Assembly: GCA_965235115.1 (NCBI GenBank)
Contig: OZ249440.1
Span: 23,560,001 to 23,624,000 of the forward strand
DNA: 64,000 nucleotides
Direction: 5' to 3'
Source: Laetmonice hystrix
Lineage: Eukaryota
The number at the start of each line of letters is the position of its first letter. Within the stretch, counting starts at the first letter, position 1. Below the pieces are notes generated by a model. It was not told the origin of the DNA, did not search any database, and was given only the letters and a program-made list of their open reading frames with translations. Of the stretch, positions 28,170-41,899 are shown piece after piece. The translations under genes were made by a program, and so were the position numbers.

Positions 28170-28699
28170 GAAACCAACCAGTTCCAAACCAACCAGTTCA
28201 AAACTAACCAGTTCCAAACCAACCAAAACAAAACCAACCAAAACCAAACCAAACCAACCAGTTCCAAACCAACCAGTTCCAAATCAACCAAAACAAAACC
28301 AACCAAAACAAAACAAAACCAACCAGTTCCAAACCAACCAGTTCCAAACCAACCAAAACAAAACCAACCAAAACCAAACCAAACCAACCAGTTCCAAACC
28401 AACCAAAACAAAACCAACCAAAACAAAACAAAACCAACCAAAACAAAACCAACCAAATCCAAACCAACCAAAACAAAACCAAAGAAAACAAAACCAACCA
28501 AATCCAAACCAACCAAAACAAAACCAACCAAAACAAAACAAAACCAACCAAATCCAAACCAACCAAAACAAAACCAACCAAAACAAAACCAACCAAAACA
28601 AAACCAACCAAAACAAAACCAACCAAAACCAAAACAACCAAAACAAAACCAACCAAAACCAAAACAACCAAAACAAAACCAACCAAAACAAAACCAACA
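28170..28699. repeat. A/C-rich low-complexity satellite (AAACCAACCAGTTCC / AAACCAACCAAAAC)
   Basis: Visible array. It explains the PNQ/KTNQ-rich and VGF/WF-rich ORFs. Confidence 0.97.
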
Positions 28700-31600
28700 T
28701 TGTAAGATAATGAACTGAACCCTCCTCCCAATAGGTCACAGAGAAACTGACCCCCAGGTCACAGAGTGTGACCCATCAACACAACAATGACGACGTAATG
28801 TGTTGGTTGGCCGCAGGCAGAGTCCCTCCCGGGCAGGTGTAGTTCAGGGTCAGTTAGCCATGCAGAGACCACTTACTATTGACGTATATGTACAATGTAT
28901 GAAGTCAGGGTGTTGACCCTTTCAAGCCTGAACCTCTCGTTGGTCGTATACATAGTGTGACCAAGCCTGAGGCTGCTGTTGACCACTACACTGACCACCA
29001 CCAACACCCAACACTGACCATAAGGCTGTATTCAGGGCACGTACAGCGTGCGGGCAGTGGACAAGGGTGGGGGTCCATGTCCGCTTGTCAGGCCCGCCCA
29101 CAGCACAACGACCGTCGGGAAATGGGGGAGGGGAGGGAGGGAAGGGGGGGGGGGCTCCCCAGACAGGTTGGAGTTTGTGGCCTTACGGCACGTCATAACC
29201 TGATATATCGGGGAGAAAATTCACCCCAGTGATTATCACACATCGGTATCATGGAAGTACTGAACGCCATTCAGTTGGGCGTGTAAATATAATACACTTT
29301 ATGGCATTCTTGAATAGAATCTATATGTGTCCCTGTTTGACAGTAGAATGACAGTTGGGTTGACGTTGGAGTCTATAAATGACAGGGGAAATATATGACC
29401 GGATCGCCATAGTTAGAAGTAGTTTGATAGCTGTAAGAAGTGGACGTCAATAATTCATCAAGTCTACACGTGTTTGGATTAAACCATTGCGTGTGATACA
29501 GTTTGTATTATCCCACTGTGTATAATCCGGGGTATGATGAGAAGACGGGGGTGTATTAACCTGTTGACCGACCGTCTTTCCCCTCCACCCCCTCATACCG
29601 CCCTCCCGGGGTGTAAGCGGTACCCCGGGAGGTGACCCCCATGGTGTCCGACCTTAACCCATACAGCCACTCCTATTAAAGATCGACCATCAGGGAATCG
29701 TTCCCACAACCCCGCTTCTTCTCCAGGCTCCTTCCCCCCTCCTCCTCCTCCTCCCGCTCCCGGGAGCTGTGGCGCCGGACGCCGGCAGATTATCCAATCG
29801 GGCCGGGGTGGCGGTCTGCGGGGAGGAGACCTAGCAGTAACCGCTCACCTGGGAGTTTGGGTACTGTTTGGTGGGGGCACATCAACCCAGTCAGCTCTTC
29901 ATGAATGTCTATACAAACCAACAGCCTCCAAGTCTCGCCGCAGGTGGCGCTGTTCCCCCGCGAATGAGCGAGATTGCTTGATGTAGATAATGATATTGTC
30001 AATCATAAAACATGTATCGGAGAGCTGATAAGTGAGGATGGTGAAATTAGCAAATTGTTTTATGTTTATGTAGTAAATACACACGATCAATCGATGGGGA
30101 TCAGCGAGCGAAGGGAACCACCACATTCAGTAACGTTACATCCCCTTTATGTTAATCAACCTTACCATATACAATCACAGTTAGGATTATTTATTATTTC
30201 TAATATAAAAGTTCGACATGCGACCTTCCTTGAATGAAACTGAAAATGTAAACGCTTGGAGAAAACTGGAAATGTAGCGTCACGAGTCCATCTTATAAAA
30301 GTATAGGGTCACGAGACCTCCATTCTATTTTAGTCAGTTTATAAATGTATACTAGGCCTATAGAACCTTTGAAAGTATATACAATCAGTGGATTCCAATT
30401 CTACATGTTATCCGAGGATGAGGTTAGGTATATGAGGAGGTGTATTCTGTACGGGTATAGATCTGACTCTAATCACCCCCCTCTGTCACCCCAACCAGCG
30501 TCCCTCCTCTCAGCTCTCCAATTATACCACCATGTCCTCCCAGTCCTGACATTGCTGCCAGATTTATAGCATCGTTCTCGCCCACATTACCCGCATTATG
30601 TGTTGCCGAAGCGTTGAACACTTCAACAATAAAGACCCCGATTCGTGATTTTTGCCCGGAATAGATTGATTTATTTAGCAGGCATCAGCAAACGCGCCAA
30701 GAAGTGCCTGACCGAACCTCGTTCTTTAACAAACACATCATTTATTCGGGGGAACCTCTGAAGAGAAATGGAGTACCCGGTCTTAATTTTCTGGTTAAAA
30801 TGTAGTGATGATTTCGGTATAGTGTAATGTTTCCCTACGGGGCCCGGGATGGCTCGACCTCGTCTCGTCTGCAGCGAGCAGCCACTACCGGCTAATAATT
30901 TATGTGCACACCTATGTTTTATGAATATGCCTGGCTTCAATCGATATCTTGCCTAAAGCGGCCACCTCTGTCTTCGAGCCCGCCTGGAGCTCAAGGCGGG
31001 CGGCGGGCGGCAAGCGGCGGGCGGCAAGCGGCAGGCGGCAGGATACGTACCGGGCATTCTGGGTGTTTCTTGTAGAGCGTCGTGTCCTGTGTCACACAGA
31101 GAACAAGTCAGTTGTTGACAGCTACTGGAATCACTCGACACCAGCGCGGAAGCATGCAATGATCCATCTTTGTAGCAAATTCACGAGTTTCCTTTTTGGT
31201 AATTCTCTGAATATAACTTTAATGTTTTTTCACGCAGCATTGCTGATATAAAGTCGCCTTGGAGAAATCCGAGTCCATATCATTCCCTCAGTGCTAACCC
31301 GCCGTATAGCATGATCTGTCGAAATGAAGTGTGAATGATATTTGTAGAATCTCTCCCGTAAGAGGATGGCATCAAATGCCTGGGGTGATGACGTCGACGA
31401 CCTACTTACATGGAATGCCCTCGCGTACCATCGGCCAACGGCAGCCAATTAAGTACTTGCCCAAATTAGTAATTTGTTATCCCCCGGCAGAGTCGACAAT
31501 TTGCCGAGCCCTTTGGAAACATTACAACGCCTTGGACATTGAACGTGTTTTAAGCCGAATGGCACTTGGCACTTGAACTGATTGAGATGTATTGAAAGGT

Positions 31601-34600
31601 TCAGCTCTCATTGAACTATTATAGTACTTAACTAGGTCGTCTGATTCTACGCTGCATAAAATGGCCGTGAATGGGACGCATTGCGAATCAACCTCCCTTT
31701 GTTTTAAAGTTCGTAGTTGAGTTAGTATTCAGAACACGCCGAGTGAAATGAAATGTAAAAGCGAAAACAAATTGTCCATTTCGGATGGTCTTTCCCGCCG
31801 TGTGCAGCAAATTGGCAGGTTACCGTTGGCGGCGCGCGATCGGCCGGAGCCGACGATATATCGGCCCATCGGACCGACGGCATGTGGCCAGCATGAGAAG
31901 TAGTCGCACTAGTTGTCGCTCCGAGTCCATTGCGCATGCGTGAGGAGTGGACGTCAATTTCTGCAAGTGGGTGCTGAAAAACAAACGCTTTCACTGTCTA
32001 CGACTCAGGATAACGGGAATGAATAGTAGTAGTCTACGCTTCAAATCTTTCTAGCGTCTTTTGCACGTTTCGAAAACTTTATTTGATGATGGCCGTCTGT
32101 TCTGGTCATTCCCACGATGTTATTTGGTAGGATTCACACAGACCATGGTGGTCAAACCCACCCAGCGAGACTGGTTCTGATAGGCACTCACTAAATGATA
32201 CAAGCTTGTTTAGATTGACAAGATCCAGTGCACCTACAGCAGACCCCCCACCCATAACCCATGCATCCAATCTGCTGGGCGCTCATTTGCTTAATGAGAA
32301 AAATCGAACAGTTGCCCTTATGCCTGTGTTTGTTTAGATGTTCGTGCAAGGCTATAATTGCATGTCGGGAGGCACGCTAACTCATTAGGCATGTGCTGGG
32401 GTGGACGGGGGGCGGATAGCTGGACAAGTTCGTCCTATATCAGGCCAGGCTGATGTGGGCAGACTGTCTCTCAATAACAGACAACCGCTGCCAAACAACC
32501 AACTGAGCTCCATTTAATGGACGCCACATGGGCCGAGGCCAAGCCTCGCCTCCAGCCTCAAAGATGGTTTCAGGATCGCGTTCCAACTCGCCCATGTGCT
32601 CCTATCAGCGACGTCAAATGTCATAAAGTCAAAAGGAGATAGAAAAGCGGTTGGGTTTCCAATGTGGTCTTTTTGAACACCGCTCTTCTCGGTTTCCAGC
32701 TGTGACGTTACGATTAGACTTCGAGTGTAAACTTTTTCCTGCAAGGCCCACTTCCCTTCTAACTAGCGGTGTGTTTTAATTGAAAACATTGCTCGAACAA
32801 CCTATTATGCCCTTATCATCGACCCCATGGCCCGGCCGTGGGTATTTTCCCAGCGAGGGGGTTTACCTTGCCCAGCTCGATGTCGTACCCCCACTGCGGG
32901 TAGTTTCCACGTGTTATGATCGCCAAGTCTGATTTGTAAGCGAGTCGCCACATCAATGGAGAGGGCGCCACAGGGCGTGTTGTCTGAGCGGCACTGGCTC
33001 TGTAGGATGTTACCTTTATCTGACCAAAGGTGGGGCGAACCTGTAACAATGACATCAAATACTCATCCCCTCAAATAACTCATCTTTGTTACGTCGGCTT
33101 TCAAATCTGATCGGTGCTATTTCAATAGTTAACATCTGGATAGTATTGGTCACACTGAAAACAGATGAACTTTAGCTTATCATGGAGAGTTGTATGTTAC
33201 CGAATTAGTCTGATTACAGATGTTCAAAGAACATTAACTGCATAGATTGAAAGATGTTCTTAGAACAGTATTTGTGTTCCAAATTCGACATCTTTTCATC
33301 ATTTCATTGCAGACAATAGATTCAATATAACGGGCGACGATGTCCATTTTATTTTGTTGGTACGGACCTCATGTTGTATACGTGCAGTGATCAGGTGGTG
33401 CTGCAGCCAAGCCGTTGAAATATTAATTTATAAAACCTCCCTGTAGGAGGAGAGCCGAACACGGTTAGTTCACCGTGTGTAAAACCCTCCTTCTCATTGT
33501 CTTTGTCTTGATTTGATGATGGCAATGGACGGCTCCTTCCTCCCTTGATCTCTGACAAGTTCGTACGTTTCCAAGTCAAGCCACCTGTGGATCACGATCA
33601 GCACATCATGTTTTAAAGAAATACTCCAGGAAACCAGCGAACGTTCCGGGAGAAAGAATACATGTGGAGAGCTGTCCTCTTCCAAGCGATCACTTTTAGA
33701 TGGTATGGAATAGAAAATTATTATTCTATAATGTTTCTTAAGTACTGCATCGATGCATTCCAAGGCCTTGAAGGCAGTGTAAGAAAAATAGATTTAATCA
33801 AAACATATTTAATATGCATCACAAAGCGTGGGTACAAAAATACAAAAGTTTAGTCAAAAATAATAACAGTTATCCCCCTTTACCTTTTAAAGAGGCCATT
33901 TTAAAGAAGGAGACCTCCCAAATGCTGCTGTAGCAAGTTGATCTACAAAATCTATTTAAATAGTTTTCTGTTCACCCAGGTCAAGTTTTCAGAACCGTTT
34001 AGTTACTTGAGACAAAGAATGGTAGAGAATATCAGGAAATATTCAATAAGTATAGCACCTATCGAGAAAAGTTACATTTTTGTGAATAATTTATATCTGT
34101 TTTAACTCACAATAAATATTTTTAATCCATCTTTTAAAGCTTATCTTTATTTCAATTTTTTGCCTGAAATGTTTTGATATGCGATGTGACGGACTGATTG
34201 ACCATCTTATACCCGGACCACTGTCCTCAGATACTTGCTGCAGGTCCCGCACATCGAGGGGCCGGTAGATCTATGTGTTCGCCAGTACCAGCCATCCTTA
34301 ATGCGGCCTTGAATGTGATTAATCAGACAAACATGATTTTAACCTGCTAATGGAAACTTAAAACATCATTTTCGTAATGGTGGGAGCAAAAACGTCAAAG
34401 AGGCCATTACGTAGCCGGGCCGTACCGACCCCCAGGGTTGTCATGGCGACGCGACGAGTCTCTCATCCGTCACCGAGCTGGCTTGTTGAGAGGGCGCTCG
34501 GCCCCCACCGATCAGGTCGGGTCGGTGAAGGGTGTGCAACAGTTGTGTAAATACGATCCAGTCAATGGCGTCGCTGCCCTGTATGATGGGAGGCGCTGCA

Positions 34601-36821
34601 TGGCGATTTGGTCGCTATGGAGTCGCTAGGGATTGCCATGACAACCGACGGATTCCGAACAATCCTGGCACTGTTTGTTCAGTTCTAATCAACATCTGGT
34701 TAGGTAGTAAACAAACAGCAGTGTCGGTTTCTTCACCTATAGCAACCATGTGTTGCTAAGGCCATAAAATCAACAACGTTTGTTTGATGTCTAACAGGCA
34801 GATCTTCAGAGTCGAATTGACTTTCAAGTGGTATGCACTGTTTTAAAACGGCTTCTTACGAAAGCTTGGTGTGGTGCATGGAAATATAGGTTGAACGTTA
34901 ATGCAATCAACTAGTCGACTTCAGGGGTCTAGCCCTAGTTCTACATGCAGTAAGATTATAATCTAACCATTTAATAGTTCGAGATGGAAGGAAAAATGAT
35001 TATAAAGGAGACAACAAGGTTATGTTGGAATGGAAGGTTTATTTTGAGACGTATAGCCCTGCACTCTGTCGGAGAAAGTTTCGGAGTTCGTAGAACTCTT
35101 TCGGTAGAGTTTCCTGCTCGTGACAGGAGTGAAAGGAGATACTAAAATGTGCCCCGACTTCGTCGACTGAGGTCGGGGTGAGACTGGGGTCTTTATGAAA
35201 TCCACATTTTCTGAGTCGACGTTCAGCTAGCGGCGTGATGATGTGTGAATGTTAAACACCTCGACCTCACTTTATACGGCTGTCTGGCGGTGATCAGAGC
35301 CGGGGGATGCTGGTGTCCATTGCCGGGTGTGTGTGAGGACCCCGCCTCCCGCCGGGGCCGGGGGGCCGGTCGGCCGGTCGGTCGGCTGGGCGGGCATGAT
35401 GACAGCTCCTTTCTCCGGCCGGCTCACCGCCTCCACTGACCCGGATACGAAACTAACCGCCTAACGACCGACGGCGCTCGTTTGTCGGAGCGGGCGCGCA
35501 ATGAATGGAGGAAACGCTCATCTTTGATCACTTCATTTCCTCCGCTCGGCCGCCAATCAATAGGACGCCGATAACTGAAGTCGTAAGCCGGCCACTCCGG
35601 GCCATCCCGGTCTGCAGCGGCCAGCAACGATAATAAATTACATATGGCGAGTCGTACATCTCCTCCAACCGTGCTTGGGAGAAGGAGGAGGGAAAAAAAG
35701 GTCGAAGCTTGCTGGCTGGCCTGATTAACGCTACTCGCCACATGGTTGGCCAAGCCGAGACCATTCACTGTAATTGACACCTCGTCAGAGCTGCTATCCT
35801 TCAGCCAACCTGCCGACAGTTGTAGCTTGTTTATCTTCTTTAATTAATTCCCGCTAAACTTTGCGACATTGTTGTCACTCGATGTGTACGTTAGCCACCA
35901 GCATACCCGTGTCGGTTTCAACAGGCCTGGCGCTGGGGGGCGGCAGGGGCTGCAGCAAACGGCCCCCATCCAAATCAATATGATCCCATAATAGACATCG
36001 CTCGGGGAAATCAAAATATCAGATCCTACATGGCTTTACTGGCGCTATATTTATTTAACAAGGTGTTTCCAGTTGTGAAAGGCTAATGCGGAGGGTCGTT
36101 CTCACAACCCTCCAGCAAGTTACCCCCTCTCCGGGCCCCCTTAGCGGCTTGTTGGCCACATGAAGAATGAGGTAGTGAAAATACCATTACCAAGGCCCGC
36201 CGTATCGGAAGGGGCCCACTGACAGTCCAATTACCGATAAGAAGTTTCTAATTTTCCGACAAAACTTGCCTTCTCTATTAATTTGTACTTATCGTGTCCT
36301 TAGGGTCCATTCGCTGCTGGCTTCAAACAAAGACGGACAATGAAAAATTACCCAATTGCGGCCGCTGTGTACCTAACCATAGGCCTATAGCTGTAAGGTT
36401 GAAGGGAGCGCGGGCGTAAGGAGTGATTTTGGTTGCAACAGATAGATGCATTGACAGAATGCTCCTTTGTCTCCCATAGTAACGCTACAAATGATGGGTG
36501 TAAACACACAGCAAAGGGCAACATGTATCTGTAGGTCGGGCGGAAAACCATACGGTACTCGCATCGTCACTATAGTTCTTTCTTCCTTTTTTCACAAAAA
36601 AAGTATTACATTTTTGTTAGAAAGGGCGAGCATAAAATACATATCGCGCTTCATCACATTTTTATCTGAATATATGTTATCGGACAATATATGAAAGTAA
36701 CAACTTTATGGACCACGCCTGCACCTGTAGAATAAGATGAAATTTGATAGGTTTCGAAGTGTTTACTTTATCACATTTGGTGATACCACGGCGCTCTTTA
36801 CAGCCGGTATTTGTGATATTT

Positions 36822-36925
36822 CGGGTGGGGGTGTGGGTGGGGGTAGGGGTGTGGGTGGGGGTGGGGGTGGGGGTGGGGGTGGGTGTGGGGGTGGGGTGGG
36901 GGTGGGGGGGTGCGGGGGCTGGGGC
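36822..36925 (+). repeat. (GGGGGT)n-like G-tract array
   Basis: More than 12 consecutive G3-G7 runs. Confidence 0.9.
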
Positions 36926-37097
36926 TGGAGCCCCAGGCCATGGCGTGGTCTGGTCAAACGTAACATTATGTACGATCGAGTCACCGGCTGACAGTCGTCC
37001 TTAAAACTTCTCTGTCCGCAGTCCGACTCGTCCTTGGACATGTTACTCGGCTTCTTATCTACGGACCGAGGTGTCCACATGCTGACACTCTACAGAG

Positions 37098-37302
37098 GTC
37101 TCTCTATCTCTCACCTCTCTATCCTCTCTATCTTCTCTCTCCTCTCTATGTCTCTCCTCCCCTCTCTCTCTTCTCTCCTCTATCTCTCTCTATCTCTCCT
37201 CTCTCCTCTCTCTCCCTGTCTCTCTCTCCTCTCTCTCTCCTCTCTCTCCTCTCTCTCTCTCCTCTCTCTCTCTCTCGCTCTCACTCGCTCTCCTCTCTCT
37301 CT
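37098..37302. repeat. Degenerate (CT)n microsatellite
   Basis: Visible pyrimidine tract. Confidence 0.95.
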
Positions 37303-39188
37303 AAGTTTGATTGATTTCGATTTTATCCGTGACAGCGATGAGCATGAAGATGTCAGTCGGTTGGTATAATTGGTGGATTACGACACCCCGTCAATGGGGT
37401 GTTTAACGGAGCGGTTACCCCACGCTGGTGTATTTGACGACAATGGTAGTTACCCTCCACTCCCCCCTCCCCGTCCCGGGCCCGGGGGGCGGCCAGACCC
37501 GGCCAGCCGAGCGTACGGAGGCGGACAGCTCCGGGCCGCTGGGTGCCGCTAAGATAGCGACTAATTAGCGGGCTGTCTCGGCCCTTATTGTGGGAAAAAC
37601 CAACGGTCAGTTAACCACTAGCAATTGTTCAATCAGGGTTATCAACATGAGGTCCGGGTCTAACCGGTCGAGGGGTTTGTTCCCACCCTTCTCAACTCCA
37701 CCCCCTCACGGATCAACCCAGCGGAGGGCACGTGTTTTACCCCCACACACCCGGCGTCCAGGGATGAGCTTCTAATAATCGGGAGAATCTTCCTCCCAGA
37801 ACTCACGCCCTCTGTTGTACCCCAACCTGGGCGTTCTATACGAACCCCTCCCCTCCTGAAAGGACCAAAACACTGGGGGATTTCATCGTACCCCCTGCCA
37901 TCTCACAATACACTCGCCTGACGTGTTCACTAAAACCGCGCTCGTGTCAACGAGAACCCACACAGACGATTTACCGGGCAAGTCGGGCTGAAATTTCAGT
38001 TGGCTCCCTGACAGCAAGCTATTGTCGAAACGTTTAAAATGTAAATTAGAACGGGAAACTGTCTTTGAAGCTGCATGACATAAGACTGGGTAATGACACG
38101 CCGTCTAGCGGAGATAATTGGTACTAGACGGTGCGTCTCTCAGCGTGACGACGTCTTCCCAATGAAGAGAAGAAATCGATAGTAAGATGAACTAAGCAAC
38201 GATCGGTCTAAATAAGACGGCTGTGTAATGTAGACCGCCTAATTTTACAGCGGTCTTATATTATCTGCTGCCCCCGTGTATATATTTATGTACTTCATCA
38301 AACTGAACTCCTAGCTTCCAGCTGTATACCGTCAGTCTTCAGCCCACTCAGAATACCGTCCTACCTTTTAAACCGCTCAGTCGATGTAATTCCATAGCTT
38401 AAGTACACATGGGAAGTAAATAATAGACTTTTAGAAAAGCCTTAAACGTGTCAGAAGAGGGAGTGTGGTTATGTGAGCCATTGCTCCCCAGAGGGTGGTG
38501 TGGAGCAATGAGTAGGGGGTGATGTATACCCTCTGGGTGAATCTAGTCTATGTGTTACTGAGGATCGTTTGTCTTTAAATTCAGCCATTACTCCGGCCAC
38601 CACAGGCCGGTGGAGGGGGTGGGAGCACTGGTTCTGTTTAAACTATAGGTGGATGGTTAAAGTATAGGAAACCAAGGTGAGGTAGTCATGGTAACCTGGA
38701 ATAACAAAGGGAAACATTCAGATAAACACGCAAATAGCTAGGTCCCACATCAGTGTATCATTAACATGTAAGGTGCAATTGTACTATAATATAAATCATA
38801 TACCAAAGTGCAGATATATAAATCAGGTTGGTACAACTGGACTATGGTGCAAACAATAACTAGTATCTTGTAGTTGACAGGGACTGATCAAACTGGTGCA
38901 GTGTTCTCGTCGCGATATAAATCACAATAACAATTCAGACAGAAATAATCTTAGCGAGGTAGAGAACGGGCTAGCCGAGTCGGCAGTTCGTATTATACAA
39001 ACCAAATTGGTGTTACACCCAGGTCGTGACACTTCTGATGGAGTCGAATTGAATTCTCCACAGAACATCTCCTTTCTTCCGCTTTGGAACCAAACAGAAT
39101 ACAGTGCCGTCAATCTGGTGCCGTTAGTGGCGGGTGACCATTCCAGGGTCTCAGCCCGGACCTGTCAGTGGAGCGACCTCTCTCTCCG

Positions 39189-39265
39189 CCTCCTCCCGTC
39201 AGGAGGGTCCCGCTACACCCTCCTCCCGTCAGGAGGGTCCCGGTACACCCTCCACCTCGTCAGGC
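39189..39265. repeat. 30-bp tandem repeat, ~2.5 copies
   Basis: CCTCCTCCCGTCAGGAGGGTCCCG(C/G)TACAC occurs twice, followed by a degenerate partial copy. Confidence 0.85.
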
Positions 39266-40862
39266 GGACCCCGCGCACCCAGCCCTCACTTAACCGCTCA
39301 GTGATCGCGGTCAAAATATCTCTCTCTCTGAGAATGGGATGGTGTACCCTGTGAACCACAGCATCATGTGATGTCAGGCACTCGTGTGTCTATATGGAGC
39401 GGCTTGTGGGGGTCACATGGTGATGGTTTGTCCCCTGATTGCATTGTCCCCCAAAATACGAACTGAAAAAAAAATAACCAAAAAAACCCCGCAAGTAGTA
39501 TATGAAGTTTGTTACTTGGCTCAGGCTATATTGGATTTGAAAGAAAGCCAAATATTATGCGGAAAAAGAGTGTTCGTTCTAACTCCCCACCACCGACATT
39601 AGAGAGTTGACAATGACAGCCGTGATGAGACAGGTATTGTATCGTCACGGTTGACTGAACCCTGCTTACCGTGCCCGACACGGTGCTGGTCCCTGAGGAT
39701 GAACAGACAGTGTTCACCGGGAGCGGACTGAGATAAAACTTTAACCAAACAGTTAAGGCAGTGTTATTGTGTGTGGATTGGAGGTGAGTTGGGTGAATGT
39801 TTGATGGCACGCCCACTCCCAGGGGAGGAGGGAGCCCACGGACTGTCAAATCTGTTTATCATTCTCTATCATTTGCCGGTCCCACGGGGGGTTGGTCCCG
39901 GTCCCGGGGGTGTGGACCGTCACTCACACGTTAAACGTTAGTGTCAAATATTCATGTATGAGCCAGGTACGGGTTAGGTTGACACAGGTTGGATTTGGGT
40001 TGTGGAGACAGCACCACATAATCCTCCCCTATCTCATCCCCCTCCAAATAATGAGGATTATAGTATTTTATTTGGTATACTGGAGTGATGTGTGCGAACC
40101 ACCTTTGAGATACTTTAATTGATGAAGAGTTGATGATTGTGTAGACTGAGAGTTGACCAAATCGGGACTCCTCTAGCTACTCACAGAAAGGGACAGGGGG
40201 CGGTTGGTGTTCATGAATAAGACCTAGATTTCAGGCTGATCAGATCTTAAGACCCTTTATCTCTGCTTAATAATTTCCTCTGAGATAATGATTCTGGATC
40301 ACGTTTCCTTTCATTGAAGATTGTGGTTTCAATTGTGTGGCAGTATTTCATATATAAAGATGAAGAGACTAGGGAGCGTTCGCTCCTTTTTCTCCGTTTA
40401 TATCGATCGGCCCATATTTATACATACCAAACGGCTGCATCGGAATGGTTGGCGAATCTACATTGTACAATCGATTGTTTCGGGCCAGCTCTACAAAGAA
40501 ATGCGAATTGCTGAATAGATGACATTAATAATTGAACGCGGGCCGATGACAGGATGCCATGAATTATGGAGTTTGACTCGCTAGCACTATAATAAAGTTC
40601 AATCTTAGCCTGACATGGAGAACGGCGGGCCGAGGTTAACCTTGCTGAGTGGGGCCGACTTAGAGCCGGTCTGAGCCAGGCCTGGCTGCATTAACACCCC
40701 CTATCCCCCCCACAACCCCCCACCCCCTACCCCGTTAACAGGCCACCCTTCATAAATATTACAGGCCAAACTGTGGCTGATCGTCGTCACAGTCGCTGTC
40801 AGTATGAGGCTTTCATTGGGCGTCACACTTCGTGGTGGTCGCTCGTCTCCACTCCAATACTC

Positions 40863-41213
40863 GGGTATCCCGACCTCACCCCCCTATATACGGTATCCCG
40901 ACCTCATACCCTCCATATCCCGACCTCATCCCCCATACCCGCTATATCCCGACCTCATCCCCCATACCCGCTATCCCGACCTCATCCCCCCATACCCGCT
41001 ATCCCGACCTCATCCCCCCTATATACGGTATCCCGACCTCATAACCGCTATATCTCGACCTCACCCCCCCTATACACGGTATCCCGACCTCATCCCCTCC
41101 ATACACGGTATCCCGACCTCACCCCCCCCACCCGCTATCCGGACCTCATCCCCCATACCCGCTATATCCCGACCTCATCCCCCCATACCCGCTATATCCC
41201 GACCTCATCCCTC
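40863..41213. repeat. ~26-30-bp minisatellite (TATCCCGACCTCATCCCCCATACCCGC)
   Basis: Visible degenerate array. Confidence 0.92.
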
Positions 41214-41899
41214 CGACAGCATCCCTGATGTCCCCCTTCTACATCCGACAGGGTGTTAGATATATACCCCCACAACACCCCCTAACGTCACGTCAATTAA
41301 TTACCCTCCCCTCCTCAGTGGCTTTATCTGATCCCTCCGCTAACAGGGACAGTAATGATGCGATGACCTCTGGTTAGCTGACAGGGAGCAGACACACTCA
41401 CACACAGGACTGGATCACATGAAGATAATAAAATATACCATGCCACTGGTTTGTGGTTAAAACACAATCACTAGAACACAACAATTTGCAATCGTTTATT
41501 GAACATCAGACATGTCATATATATTTCGACATTAGTTCAGCATCATTGATTCAATTTCAGTAGTGATATTTTGAAAAGTCGTTCTTGGCATTCTTGACGG
41601 CATTGGCCATGTATCGCCACCACAAGGCTTGCCAAACAAACGTTACACATACCCACTGACATACCCAGTCGGATTAAAGACTTTGTTTAAAAATTCATCG
41701 CGCTTAGGGAAATCCTGTCTGAACAACAAAATACACTCAGGTGGAAAAGGTACAAAAAAACCCTGGACGATATAGGTAGAGCTGGAGAATGGTGATGGTT
41801 AAGTGTCAGATAATTCAGGCTGCCACCTCAGGCAAGAACTTAGCGTGCGGTTGAAATAGGCAGGGGGGCTGGCGTGGGCCTCGGGCCTGTAATCCCTTC

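Noticed and set aside
27964-28739. Longest plus-strand ORF (248 aa) and its antisense ORFs
   Set aside because: Produced by the A/C satellite, which lacks stop codons. No domain or splice context.
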